DNA from: a virus
Taxonomy: Duplodnaviria; Caudoviricetes
IMG/VR virus record: IMGVR_UViG_3300032321_000388
Location: 1-64,000 of that record
Reading direction: 5' to 3' (one strand)
DNA: 64,000 nt
Within the stretch, counting starts at the first letter, position 1. Every line of letters begins with the position of its first letter. The notes under the pieces are model-generated. The model searched no databases and was not told the origin of the DNA. It saw nothing but the letters and a program-made list of their open reading frames with translations. Below are positions 8,768 to 18,487 of the stretch, in pieces. The position numbers were made by a program, and so were the translations under genes.

Positions 8768-10136
8768 AACCACAATTCTAAATAATCTACTATTCAATGA
8801 AGAATATAGTAGAAAAGTTATACCATTTCTAAATAAGAAATATTTCTCTAGTCGAGGTGAGGCTATTGTATTTGAAGAGATTACTAATTTCTTTGAGAAG
8901 TATAATAAACCTATTACACAAGAGATCCTTGCTATTGAAGTTGGAAATAGAAAAGATATTTCTGATACAGATCTAAAAGAACAACAAAAACTTATTGTTG
9001 ATATGAAGAAGCAAGACACTAATCAGGAATGGTTGTTACAAGAAACAGAACAATTTTGCAAAAAGAAGGCGGTGTATAATGCAATACTTGACTCGATCGC
9101 AATCATCGATGGTAGAGACAAAGAAAGACAAGATGATGCCATTCCTTCGCTTTTGTCTGATGCTCTTGGTGTTTCATTCGATAATCATGTTGGCCATTCT
9201 TATCTCACTGATTCTGATGAGCGTTATGAATTCTACCATCGTGTAGAAGAGAAAGTTAAGTTTGATCTTGACATGCTTAACAAGATTACCAAAGGAGGAT
9301 TATCTAATAAGACTCTTAATGTAATCCTTGCAGGTACAGGTGTTGGTAAATCTTTATTCATGTGTCACTGCGCTGCCGCAAATCTATTAGATAACAAGAA
9401 TGTTTTATATATTACAATGGAAATGGCGGAAGAAAGAATTGCAGAACGTATTGATGCAAATCTACTTAACCTATCCATGGATGAATTAAAGGTCGTTGAT
9501 AAAGATATCTTCGACACAAGGTTAGATAAAGTCAGGAAGAAATCTCAAGGTAAGCTGATCATCAAGGAATATCCGACAGCCGGTGCCCATGCCGGTCATT
9601 TTAGAGCATTACTTGAAGAGTTGAAGCTTAAGCAAGAGTTTTCTCCTGATATTATCTATATTGACTACTTAAATATTTGTAGTTCACAAAGACTTCGATA
9701 TGGGGCTAACGTAAATAGTTATACCTATGTCAAAACAATTGCAGAAGAACTAAGGGGTTTGGCAGTAGAGTATAATGTCCCCATCGTGAGTGCCACTCAA
9801 ACTACGAGATCCGGGTTTACAAATTCAGATCCTGGTCTTGAAGACACATCCGAATCTTTTGGTTTGCCTGCAACAGTTGATTTGATGTTGGCTTTAATCT
9901 CAACAGAAGAACTTGAAGAACTTGGTCAGATCATGGTCAAACAATTAAAGAATCGATATAATGATCCATCATATTATAAACGATTTGTTATTGGCGTTGA
10001 TAAGTCTAAGATGAAGTTATATGATGTTGAGGTGTCAGCACAAAATAATATCTCTGACTCTGGTCAAGACGATACTCCAGTATTCGATAAGAGTAACATC
10101 GGTAAGCGGCCGGTCACGGATGGATTTAAGTTTTAA
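8757..10136 (+). CDS. 41: replicative DnaB-like helicase (gp41)
   Basis: AGTGVGKS Walker A, TMEMAEE, DYLNI, SATQTTR, KQLKNRY. Confidence 0.97.
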   Translation: MRIETTILNNLLFNEEYSRKVIPFLNKKYFSSRGEAIVFEEITNFFEKYNKPITQEILAIEVGNRKDISDTDLKEQQKLIVDMKKQDTNQEWLLQETEQFCKKKAVYNAILDSIAIIDGRDKERQDDAIPSLLSDALGVSFDNHVGHSYLTDSDERYEFYHRVEEKVKFDLDMLNKITKGGLSNKTLNVILAGTGVGKSLFMCHCAAANLLDNKNVLYITMEMAEERIAERIDANLLNLSMDELKVVDKDIFDTRLDKVRKKSQGKLIIKEYPTAGAHAGHFRALLEELKLKQEFSPDIIYIDYLNICSSQRLRYGANVNSYTYVKTIAEELRGLAVEYNVPIVSATQTTRSGFTNSDPGLEDTSESFGLPATVDLMLALISTEELEELGQIMVKQLKNRYNDPSYYKRFVIGVDKSKMKLYDVEVSAQNNISDSGQDDTPVFDKSNIGKRPVTDGFKF

Positions 10137-10138
10137 CT

Positions 10139-10160
10139 AAGGGACTTCGGTCCCTTTTTT
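10139..10160 (+). terminator. rho-independent terminator with UUCG loop
   Basis: AAGGGAC-TTCG-GTCCCTT followed by a T run. Confidence 0.9.
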
Positions 10161-10164
10161 ATTG

Positions 10165-10172
10165 TATAAATA
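10165..10172 (+). promoter_or_regulatory. T4-type late promoter
   Basis: TATAAATA. Confidence 0.75.
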
Positions 10173-10203
10173 AGTTACAAACACTGTATTCATAAAGGAT
10201 GAT

Positions 10204-10554
10204 ATGAGAAAATTAACACTAATAGCAGTATTGCTCATGACTGGTTGTAGTTTTATTATGCCAGTACCTCATGACCCAGCCGAGGCATCAAAGCTTATAG
10301 ACATCAAACAGAAGGTAGAAACTCTAACCTGTGGAGCTACTAAAGACCATCCAAGATGGCAGTCTACTGTTGATGATATCAGATGGCTAAACATGTATAC
10401 AGATTTTAGAGCAGATCCACAAGCAAAAACTATTGAAGAACTATACATCGCGACTCAAAAGGCAAGGGACGGATCAGAAGCATACTGTGAAGCTACCTTA
10501 AAACTACAAAAAACTAGAATCTTAGTCATAGAAAAAGCATGGAGGGGAAGGTAA
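10204..10554 (+). CDS. lipoprotein
   Basis: Signal peptide with LMTGC lipobox. Confidence 0.7.
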   Translation: MRKLTLIAVLLMTGCSFIMPVPHDPAEASKLIDIKQKVETLTCGATKDHPRWQSTVDDIRWLNMYTDFRADPQAKTIEELYIATQKARDGSEAYCEATLKLQKTRILVIEKAWRGR

Positions 10555-10555
10555 A

Positions 10556-10792
10556 ATGTCAGTATTAAACGAATTAAGAACTGCAATGACAGACCCAGGT
10601 ATCAAAGGGTCATTAGCTACGCAATTACATGATATCACTGAACAGTACAATGATGGCATCTTAAATGGCGATGAATTCAAAGACTTGGTTACTCAAATAG
10701 GTGACGTTCAGGCTAACGATGAACTAGCCGGTGATGAGGTAACTTCACGTTGGGTTGCAAATATTACAAAAGTGATACTCTCCGCTGTATAA
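10556..10792 (+). CDS. hypothetical protein
   Basis: ORF in operon context. Confidence 0.6.
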   Translation: MSVLNELRTAMTDPGIKGSLATQLHDITEQYNDGILNGDEFKDLVTQIGDVQANDELAGDEVTSRWVANITKVILSAV

Positions 10793-10795
10793 ATA
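10788..10795 (+). promoter_or_regulatory. T4-type late promoter
   Basis: TATAAATA. Confidence 0.7.
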
Positions 10796-10827
10796 ATATA
10801 TAATACTATTTTTATAGATGGAATCCA

Positions 10828-12852
10828 ATGAAGAACTATAGACAACTCATACGAGAATTGCCTTCCAAAACTGTCATTATGGCAGTAGGAAGCTTTAATC
10901 CTCCAACGGCAGTCAATGAGATGACATTCAAGCTTGTTAAAAAGCTAGTCGAATCTCATAATGCAGAACATGTAATCTTCATCACAGAAAATAAGAACGA
11001 TCTTCCTGCGGACAGGAAGATCCATTTTCTTAACCTTATGTTTAATGGACTTAACTTTGTTCCGTTAACAGAAGGTAATCTTGCCGAAGAAATTGGTAGT
11101 TTAAAACGTAGATATAAGAATGTTGTTGTAGTAACTTCAGAAGAGAAATCTAAGCTATTTGAATCTATGTCTGTGGTTACCGCTCCAGTTGATTCAAGCG
11201 CCTCAAAGATCAAATCACATGTATCAAAAGGTGATTACACCTCATTCAAAGCAGCTATGCCTACATCTTTCAGAGATATTGATGCACGTCGTTTAATGAA
11301 TGAAATGAGACAGTCTTATGGTCTAGAACTTATTAAAGAAGATGTTAGATTCAGTATTGATTCTCTCAGAGACAAATACTTCAAAGGCGAGATCTATCAG
11401 ATCGGTGATATTGTCGAGTCAGCAGGTTCTCAATACGAAATTATGGATCGTGGTTCTAATTATCTAGTTGTTGTAGATAATACAGGTAACCTTCATCGCA
11501 AATGGGTCAAGGATGTTTCATTAGTAGAAGCAGTTAAGAAACCTACAGGTGAACTTAAGAAAGCTTGTTGGAAAGGTTATACTGCAGTTGGTCTTAAAAC
11601 AAAGAACGGTAGAAAAGTTCCTAACTGTGTTCCAGAATCTGTACTAAACCCAGCAGACCCACATAAAGATTATGCTGAAAAAAGTAAAACACTACAAAAC
11701 TTATCAGGCAACAAAGATGTAGATCAAAAAGCTGTACAACAAAGACGGTTAGATCTAGACAAAGAATATAGTAAACTTAAAGAAGAAGTATTTAGCTATA
11801 AAGGTTATATACCTAAGAACCTTAATAGTGAGTTGGTAGAAGCATTTAAGCTTGCAGCAATAGACTCTAAAGATCCTGTAGCTATGCTTAATGCTATCAA
11901 GACAACTGATACGTACTTACAATTACATGGTAAGATTGGTGACAATCCAGATATCAATCAACTTAAGACATATAAAGACGCTCACATCAAAGCTACTGAA
12001 GCTTTACAAAAGATTGGTGTATATGATACTAATGAAGAGAATGCAGATACTAAGCTAGCAAGAAACGTATTAACTTATCAGGACTTCATGAAAGCTGGTA
12101 AAGAACATATGCCTGAAAATTCAGAGAAGTATGTGGGAGAACCTCACACAACTCCTGGTCATACGCTTGCTACACGCCACCATCTACGTAGACAAAAGAT
12201 TAAGTATGTACATGAAGAAGTACAAATCAATGAAGATGCCAAGTCATTAAAAGCTCAAGCTGATAAACATACAGAACATGCTGTTGCTGCAAATAGAGCA
12301 GGTGATGATGAGAAAGTTAGATACCATCAAGCTCAAGTAGCTAAAATTAAAGCTAAGTTATCAAAGTTAACTGAAGAATCTATTGATGAGATCTCTCAAA
12401 AAACTGCTGGTAGTTATTTAGATAAAGTTACTAAACAGCAAGTATCTAAACAGGGTATTCAACCAAACATGTATGACAAACTTCCTAAGAATAGACAAAA
12501 GGGAGTTAGCAATGCACTTAATAGATTACAAGTAGATAAAGAAGGTAAACCAGTACATCATTTAGTTTCTAAAGAAGACTATATTAAAGGTGATTTGATG
12601 GATGAAGATTTTGCTTCTAAATTTTATGCAGAAGGCCATGGTGGAGAGATTGGTGACGGTATTGGCGATGAAAAGATTAAAAAGGTTAAAACACTTCCGC
12701 CAAAATTAGTTAAGAATGATGATAAGCGTTTAGGTGGTGGTACAAGAGATCATACATTCTCAGCATTTATGGAAAAACAAAAAGTTAAAACAAAAGAAAA
12801 TGCTGATTATAAGTTTACGGACTTAATGAAGCACCAACAAACTGGGGAATAG
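10828..12852 (+). CDS. putative internal head protein with a degenerate cytidylyltransferase-like N-domain
   Basis: CTS-like N-terminus MKNYRQLIRE; GSFNPPT without the HxGH histidines; CWKGY...VPNCVPE module; many L/I-x-E sites; late promoter. Confidence 0.6.
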   Translation: MKNYRQLIRELPSKTVIMAVGSFNPPTAVNEMTFKLVKKLVESHNAEHVIFITENKNDLPADRKIHFLNLMFNGLNFVPLTEGNLAEEIGSLKRRYKNVVVVTSEEKSKLFESMSVVTAPVDSSASKIKSHVSKGDYTSFKAAMPTSFRDIDARRLMNEMRQSYGLELIKEDVRFSIDSLRDKYFKGEIYQIGDIVESAGSQYEIMDRGSNYLVVVDNTGNLHRKWVKDVSLVEAVKKPTGELKKACWKGYTAVGLKTKNGRKVPNCVPESVLNPADPHKDYAEKSKTLQNLSGNKDVDQKAVQQRRLDLDKEYSKLKEEVFSYKGYIPKNLNSELVEAFKLAAIDSKDPVAMLNAIKTTDTYLQLHGKIGDNPDINQLKTYKDAHIKATEALQKIGVYDTNEENADTKLARNVLTYQDFMKAGKEHMPENSEKYVGEPHTTPGHTLATRHHLRRQKIKYVHEEVQINEDAKSLKAQADKHTEHAVAANRAGDDEKVRYHQAQVAKIKAKLSKLTEESIDEISQKTAGSYLDKVTKQQVSKQGIQPNMYDKLPKNRQKGVSNALNRLQVDKEGKPVHHLVSKEDYIKGDLMDEDFASKFYAEGHGGEIGDGIGDEKIKKVKTLPPKLVKNDDKRLGGGTRDHTFSAFMEKQKVKTKENADYKFTDLMKHQQTGE

Positions 12853-12858
12853 ATACAA

Positions 12859-13308
12859 ATGGAAAAATTAGTTGCATCTTTAAAAGTAGCATTAGGTAAT
12901 ACATTCACAATGTATTTTAAAGCTCATTCATATCATTGGAATGTTGAGGGAATGCATTTTTCTATGTTCCATGACTTCTTTCAAGAGATATATGAAGATG
13001 TTTATGGTGCAGTAGATCCACTTGCAGAAGAGTTAAGAAAGCTTGATGCATATGCTCCTATCAGTTTAATGGAGATCTACAGTTATAAGACTATTATGGA
13101 AGATAGTTCAAAACCAGATACAGCTATAGAGATGGTAATGAACGTATTAATTGCAAATAAAGAAGTGTTAGATTGTTTAACACCGCTATTTGATATAGCT
13201 ACTACAGAGAAACAACAAGGCCTTGCAAACTTTATTGCAGATAGAATGGATAAACATAAGAAGTTTGAATGGCAACTGCACGCAACACTTAAGAACATTG
13301 GAGCATAA
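12859..13308 (+). CDS. dps: Dps family ferritin-like DNA protection protein
   Basis: KAHSYHWNVEG.F...H..F, D.LAE, H.K..WQL. Confidence 0.9.
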   Translation: MEKLVASLKVALGNTFTMYFKAHSYHWNVEGMHFSMFHDFFQEIYEDVYGAVDPLAEELRKLDAYAPISLMEIYSYKTIMEDSSKPDTAIEMVMNVLIANKEVLDCLTPLFDIATTEKQQGLANFIADRMDKHKKFEWQLHATLKNIGA

Positions 13309-13315
13309 ATAACAA

Positions 13316-16300
13316 ATGAAATCATTTAAAGACGTTACTAAACAATTAGACGAAGTTCTAACTAAGTCCACACCAACAGGTGAATGGATCCATGACTTCG
13401 TGCATTCAGACAATCCTAAGTTTAAAGGCAAATCTGCGGCTAAACGTAAACAAATGGCTCTTGCTGCTTACTATGCTAAAAAGAACGAAAGCGCATCACC
13501 TTCACAAAATAGTAAAACAGAAGTTGACATGAACGAATCAAAAGATACTAGTCATGTAGTTAACCATGATTCAGAAGATGTTAAAGCATCTCATAATTAT
13601 GTACATAAACAAGCTTCAGTAGTTGCTAAACGTAATAGCGGCAAATTAACTCGCCATTCTAATACTCACAGTGAAGTTAATTATCCTAATGGTCAGACAA
13701 CACATATTAAAACATCATTTAATGGTAAACATGCAGTATCACATATTAAACATCATTATTCAGAATCAGTATCATTAGACGAAGATCAATATACTTCTGA
13801 ATACAAGATTAAGAGTTATGTAGATCCGATCACTGGTGAAAATAAGACTAGAAAGATTAGACCTCATAGAGTAAATTTTAAAAACAGTAAAATGCATGGC
13901 GAGCCAGCACAAAAAGATTCCCAAGGAGATTACGGTATGAAAGAAGATGTAAAAGAGTCAAGAGGTCATAAGATTCTGGCCAACTATTTTAAAAATAAAG
14001 ACATTATGAAAAATATTGCTTCTCAATCTCCAGAAGAAAAAGCTGAGCATGAAAAGAAACATCGTGAAGCTATGACAAAGGCTCATAATGAATATGTTAA
14101 AAAGAATCCAAATTCTATATTTAAACCTATGAAAGAAGAAGCAGAACAAATCGACGAGTTGTCTAAACATAAGTTAGTTCAATACATCGACAAAGCTTCA
14201 CAAGACGTTCATAATAAAGCTTTAGAAGCTGGTAAAGATTCTGAAAAACCAGGTAAAGCTTCTGACTTTATTAAGAAATACCAAAAATCTGGCAAACGCC
14301 AAGCAGGTATTACAAAAGCTGCTGTTAAATTGGCTAGAGAAGAAGTTGAATTAGAAGAAGATCTAGACACAGATCATATTCATCAACTACTTGCTAATAA
14401 AGATATTAATTCACAAGTAAAAGGCGGTAAGGTTCATGTGCATAGTTCTAATGTTAAAGCAGCTAAGATGCATCTTGGTGCGGCTGGTCATAAACATGAA
14501 GTTGTTGGTGGCTTAAATGAAGATCAAGAAGAAGATGATCGTCAAGCAGCTGAACATCATCAAAAAGAATTAGAACAACAAGAACTTGAAGCTAAAAAGA
14601 AAAAAGAAAAAGTTAAAGAAGAAGTAGATCTTGATGAAGGTAAAGTATACGATCCATTTACAAAGAAGATGGTTGCTACTAAACCAATTAAAGTACAAGC
14701 TGGTGGTGGTGCAACTAGAAACGGAGTTCCAGTTGAAACAGGTCCTTCAAAGTATAAACAAGGATTAAAAGAAGAACAACTAGATGAACTTAAAAAATCT
14801 ACTTTAGCTTCTTATGTTAAAAAAGCTCATAAAGATAATGCACTTACAGCAAATGATTTAGGTCATCAACTTGCTTTGTCTAAAAGGCCTGGATTAAGTG
14901 CAGGTACAGATCCTACTTATACAAAAGGTAAAAATAAGTACCTTAAGCGTTCAACTGGTATTGATAAAGCTGTATCTAAACTAGCTAAGGAAGAAGTTAT
15001 GGACGAAGCTACAACATACAAAGGTATCGGTACAGATGTAGTTGATAAAAAGAAGGTATTAAATCCTCCTATTCCTTTAACACAAAAGAAAAAAGAAGTT
15101 AAAGACTTTAAAGAGGGCGATACATATGATGAAAAATGGAAAGAGTATAAAGGCAAATCATTCAAAAAGGAAAGTGTTATGTTAAAATTTAATGACTTCT
15201 TAGAAGAAGCTAAAAAATGGACAAAAGAAGAGCTAGTTGGTAAACAACATAAGCTTGACAAGAACCATAATGGTAAGTTAGATGCTGATGACTTTAAGAA
15301 ACTTCGTAAAGAAGAATCAGAATCAATTGAAGAGTCATATCCAACTAAACAACACTTTGAACAAATGGCTGCTTTAATTAAGTCTCATGACGATGAAAAG
15401 AAAAGATCTGATTTAGCTCATCATCATGCAGGTATCTTTAAAGGTCAGAATCCAAGATTTGATCATAAGAAATTTATGCATGCTTGCGGTGTTCATGAAA
15501 GCGCAGTATGCGAAGAAGTAGAACCTATTGAAGAACTTTCAAAATCTACATTAGCTTCATACGTACCTAAGGCTGCTAGATCTGCCCGTATTCATGGTCA
15601 AATTTCATCTGAATATAAATCAGCATCTGATCGTGCTAGAAAATCTAGTATGAAAGATAGTTTAGAAAGATTATCTAAAAAATATAAAAATAGAGCTTGG
15701 AATCGCGAAGATGGCATTAAGCGTGCTGCAGATAAGTTAGCTAAAGAAGAAGTACAGATTGATGAATTAAAAGCCTCTACTCTAAAAAGTTATAGTAATA
15801 AATCATGGCAAAAGGGACTAGATGCTGCTTATGATGCTGCACACAATATTGATAAAGAAAAAAATTACCAGTTAGCATCTAAAAGATTTGCTGGTAGTTT
15901 TAAAGCTAAATCAAAACTTGACAAAATGAAAGAAGAAGTACAGATTGACGAATTATCAAAAGGTACTTTAGCTTCATATGCTAAAGCTTCAACATTTGAT
16001 GCAGCAAAACAAGGTAATGAGATTGCTAAACTTGGTAATAACTTATCAGCACTTAGCAAAGTAAATGGTCCAATGTATAAATTAAATAAACGTTTAGCTG
16101 GTCATGGTAAAGCAGTTGACAAATTAGCTAAAGAAGAAATAGAAAAAATTACTGAAAACATCCATGCAGCTTCTAAGGAACTATCAGATTATGCAGAGAA
16201 ACATAGTGGCATGGATAAAAAAGATTTTCATTCTGCAGCTAAGCACATGGCAAGTGGCGATCACGGTGCATTAAAACAACATATCAAAAGTTTAGACAGT

Positions 16301-17110
16301 GAACCAAGAGATAAGATCCTTACAGTCCTTCATAAACATGGTAACGATATCAAACGTTATGGTTATTCTATGGATGAAGAAACTTTGGATGAACTATCTA
16401 AAGCTACTTTAGGTTCATATGTTAAAGGGGCTGCTAAAGATATAATGGATCGTGATGCTCGTATTAATAATGCATTTAATAAAGATCCTGCTGGTGGTGA
16501 AAAAGGTCTTGATAAAGCATTTAATAAACAATCAAAAAGAACTGCTGGATTTAATAAAGCAGTTGACAAGCTAACTAAAGAAGAAGTAGAACAAATTGAT
16601 GAGTTAAAAGCTTCTACATTATCTTCATATGTTAAGAAAGCTGCATCAAGTTTAGATAAAAGTCATAGTGGAGCTAAAAAGGCTTATAGTAAATATGATG
16701 AAACTGGTTCAGATAAAGACTTAGATAAAGGTGAAAAAAATAGTAATACGTTTAATAAAAGATTAAGTGGAATTTCAACTGCAACTAATAAACTAAATCA
16801 AAAGAAAAAAGTTGGTGATCTTGGTGAAGAAGTAGAACAAGAATTATCACCATATCTAAAAGCTACGCTTGCAGTTATGGATGAAGGTAAAATTGATAAT
16901 TTACGCGATGCACAAGCATTAAGAAAAGCTGGTGGTAGTTCATATGAGAAAGAATTAAAACCAGATACAAAACACCCACATATTCAAGTAGTTAAAGGTA
17001 CTTCATATGGTGGAGAGAATCAAAAAGATGATGAGCATGATGAGAAATCTGATGATGGAGAAAAACGCGGACGTGGCAGACCAAGTGGCTCTAAGTCAGG
17101 TGCGAGATAA
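13316..17110 (+). CDS. large repetitive putative internal head (poly)protein
   Basis: CTS-like start MKSFKDV; 7 copies of EExxIDEL(S/K)xxTLxSY...KA..KL; EF-hand-like LDKNHNGKLDADDF; C-terminal AT-hook RGRGRP; CATAAATA upstream. Confidence 0.65.
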   Translation: MKSFKDVTKQLDEVLTKSTPTGEWIHDFVHSDNPKFKGKSAAKRKQMALAAYYAKKNESASPSQNSKTEVDMNESKDTSHVVNHDSEDVKASHNYVHKQASVVAKRNSGKLTRHSNTHSEVNYPNGQTTHIKTSFNGKHAVSHIKHHYSESVSLDEDQYTSEYKIKSYVDPITGENKTRKIRPHRVNFKNSKMHGEPAQKDSQGDYGMKEDVKESRGHKILANYFKNKDIMKNIASQSPEEKAEHEKKHREAMTKAHNEYVKKNPNSIFKPMKEEAEQIDELSKHKLVQYIDKASQDVHNKALEAGKDSEKPGKASDFIKKYQKSGKRQAGITKAAVKLAREEVELEEDLDTDHIHQLLANKDINSQVKGGKVHVHSSNVKAAKMHLGAAGHKHEVVGGLNEDQEEDDRQAAEHHQKELEQQELEAKKKKEKVKEEVDLDEGKVYDPFTKKMVATKPIKVQAGGGATRNGVPVETGPSKYKQGLKEEQLDELKKSTLASYVKKAHKDNALTANDLGHQLALSKRPGLSAGTDPTYTKGKNKYLKRSTGIDKAVSKLAKEEVMDEATTYKGIGTDVVDKKKVLNPPIPLTQKKKEVKDFKEGDTYDEKWKEYKGKSFKKESVMLKFNDFLEEAKKWTKEELVGKQHKLDKNHNGKLDADDFKKLRKEESESIEESYPTKQHFEQMAALIKSHDDEKKRSDLAHHHAGIFKGQNPRFDHKKFMHACGVHESAVCEEVEPIEELSKSTLASYVPKAARSARIHGQISSEYKSASDRARKSSMKDSLERLSKKYKNRAWNREDGIKRAADKLAKEEVQIDELKASTLKSYSNKSWQKGLDAAYDAAHNIDKEKNYQLASKRFAGSFKAKSKLDKMKEEVQIDELSKGTLASYAKASTFDAAKQGNEIAKLGNNLSALSKVNGPMYKLNKRLAGHGKAVDKLAKEEIEKITENIHAASKELSDYAEKHSGMDKKDFHSAAKHMASGDHGALKQHIKSLDSEPRDKILTVLHKHGNDIKRYGYSMDEETLDELSKATLGSYVKGAAKDIMDRDARINNAFNKDPAGGEKGLDKAFNKQSKRTAGFNKAVDKLTKEEVEQIDELKASTLSSYVKKAASSLDKSHSGAKKAYSKYDETGSDKDLDKGEKNSNTFNKRLSGISTATNKLNQKKKVGDLGEEVEQELSPYLKATLAVMDEGKIDNLRDAQALRKAGGSSYEKELKPDTKHPHIQVVKGTSYGGENQKDDEHDEKSDDGEKRGRGRPSGSKSGAR

Positions 17111-17141
17111 TAAATAATTAATCTAATTAAGGAGTAATAAA

Positions 17142-18074
17142 ATGGCTTTATGGGGAAAAACAGATACTTTAGCTTCGGCTCCAAAGTATATAGTAAGAAA
17201 GGCAGTCTTTGATGCGCAGGCTAAAGTAACATCTGCGACAGATAAGATTGACCTTACAGATGCAAATACAAACTTTGCAACAGGTGACGGCGTTGTTTAC
17301 ACTGGTGCTAGCGGCATTGGTTTAACACAAGGTACAACATACTACGCAATGAGACAAACAGATAACACTATCAAGCTTGCTACAACAGAAGCTGGTGCTA
17401 AAGCTGGTGCTACAGGTGTAAACCTAACAGCTGGCGCTACTGGTGCTATCGGTTACCTACAACGTAATGTTGAAGGCAACGAAGACTACGATCATAACTA
17501 TAATGGTCGTGACTTATACTTCATCGATGCTGATGAAGCAACTCAAGCTGAAAATATTGCACGTGGCCTTAAAGTTCCTGGCTGGACAACATATCGTTCA
17601 TACACTGATGCTAATGGTAACGTTAGAAATAAATCAGAAGTATTAGTTGCTATGGGTGCTTATTCTGGTGCTACTGGCTCTGGTACATTCCAAGCTCAAA
17701 CTGGTGATGCTTCAGATGATACAGTATTAGTAGATGGTACTATCACAATTGGTACACAACCATTAAGTCAATCTAAAGTTGCTGGTTCTCTATTAGCTAA
17801 TAAAGGTGTATTCACTGTTGTTGCTACATTAGCTGGTGCTGGTTCATTGACATACCAATGGCAAGTACAAGAGTCATCACAATCTGGTGCTACTTGGACT
17901 AACGTATCACGCGGTACTGGTGGTACAACAGCTACTTACACAACAGGTAATACTCAAGTTGCAGCTTCTGCTTCAGTTGATTCAAACGGCGACAAATATC
18001 GTGTTATCGTTTCTTCAACTGGTTCTACAAGCGTAACATCATCAACAGCAGTATTAACAGTAACAGCAAGCTAA
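17142..18074 (+). CDS. virion structural protein with C-terminal Ig-like domain (MALWG type)
   Basis: MALWG start, G/A/T-rich, LTYQWQ...KYRVIVS...VTSSTAVLTV Ig signature; AAGGAG SD. Confidence 0.7.
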   Translation: MALWGKTDTLASAPKYIVRKAVFDAQAKVTSATDKIDLTDANTNFATGDGVVYTGASGIGLTQGTTYYAMRQTDNTIKLATTEAGAKAGATGVNLTAGATGAIGYLQRNVEGNEDYDHNYNGRDLYFIDADEATQAENIARGLKVPGWTTYRSYTDANGNVRNKSEVLVAMGAYSGATGSGTFQAQTGDASDDTVLVDGTITIGTQPLSQSKVAGSLLANKGVFTVVATLAGAGSLTYQWQVQESSQSGATWTNVSRGTGGTTATYTTGNTQVAASASVDSNGDKYRVIVSSTGSTSVTSSTAVLTVTAS

Positions 18075-18081
18075 ACTAAGT

Positions 18082-18106
18082 GGGGGAGGTTAACTCCCCT
18101 TCTTTT
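18082..18106 (+). terminator. rho-independent terminator
   Basis: GGGGAG-GTTAA-CTCCCC followed by TTCTTTT. Confidence 0.7.
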
Positions 18107-18109
18107 AAT

Positions 18110-18487
18110 ATGAATCAAATGTTGACAGAAGATAATTTTTTACAGTATGCTATGCATCATTACGATAATAGCCAATGTTATTCGTTGGAAGAGTTTAATG
18201 ATGACTTAAAACGTTTTCTATATTTAAAGAAATTATTTAATAGATATAAGAACGAGTGTGATTTAAAAGAGAACTTAATATTAAATCATCTTGTTGTAAT
18301 CTATAATATTTTTGGCGATGAAGCTACAAATATGTTATTCTTTAAAATAGACAGAGAATATTGGGATACATTAGTAACCTTTTTAGTATTTCTTAACAGA
18401 ATGCCAGAAGAGTTGCCTCAATATAAATTGAAATTGTCTCATGTTAAACTAGATGAATATATAATACAAATACTTAGGAAGATATAA
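18110..18487 (+). CDS. conserved T4-like phage hypothetical protein
   Basis: LTEDNF..YAM..Y.N..C...EEF..DLKRF.Y.K.L, LILNH motif; start moved to the ATG after the terminator. Confidence 0.75.
   Translation: MNQMLTEDNFLQYAMHHYDNSQCYSLEEFNDDLKRFLYLKKLFNRYKNECDLKENLILNHLVVIYNIFGDEATNMLFFKIDREYWDTLVTFLVFLNRMPEELPQYKLKLSHVKLDEYIIQILRKI

Noticed and set aside
14130-16800. Repeats as a CRISPR array or DGR template/variable repeat
   Set aside because: The repeats are in-frame protein modules that are degenerate at the DNA level; no reverse transcriptase is present.
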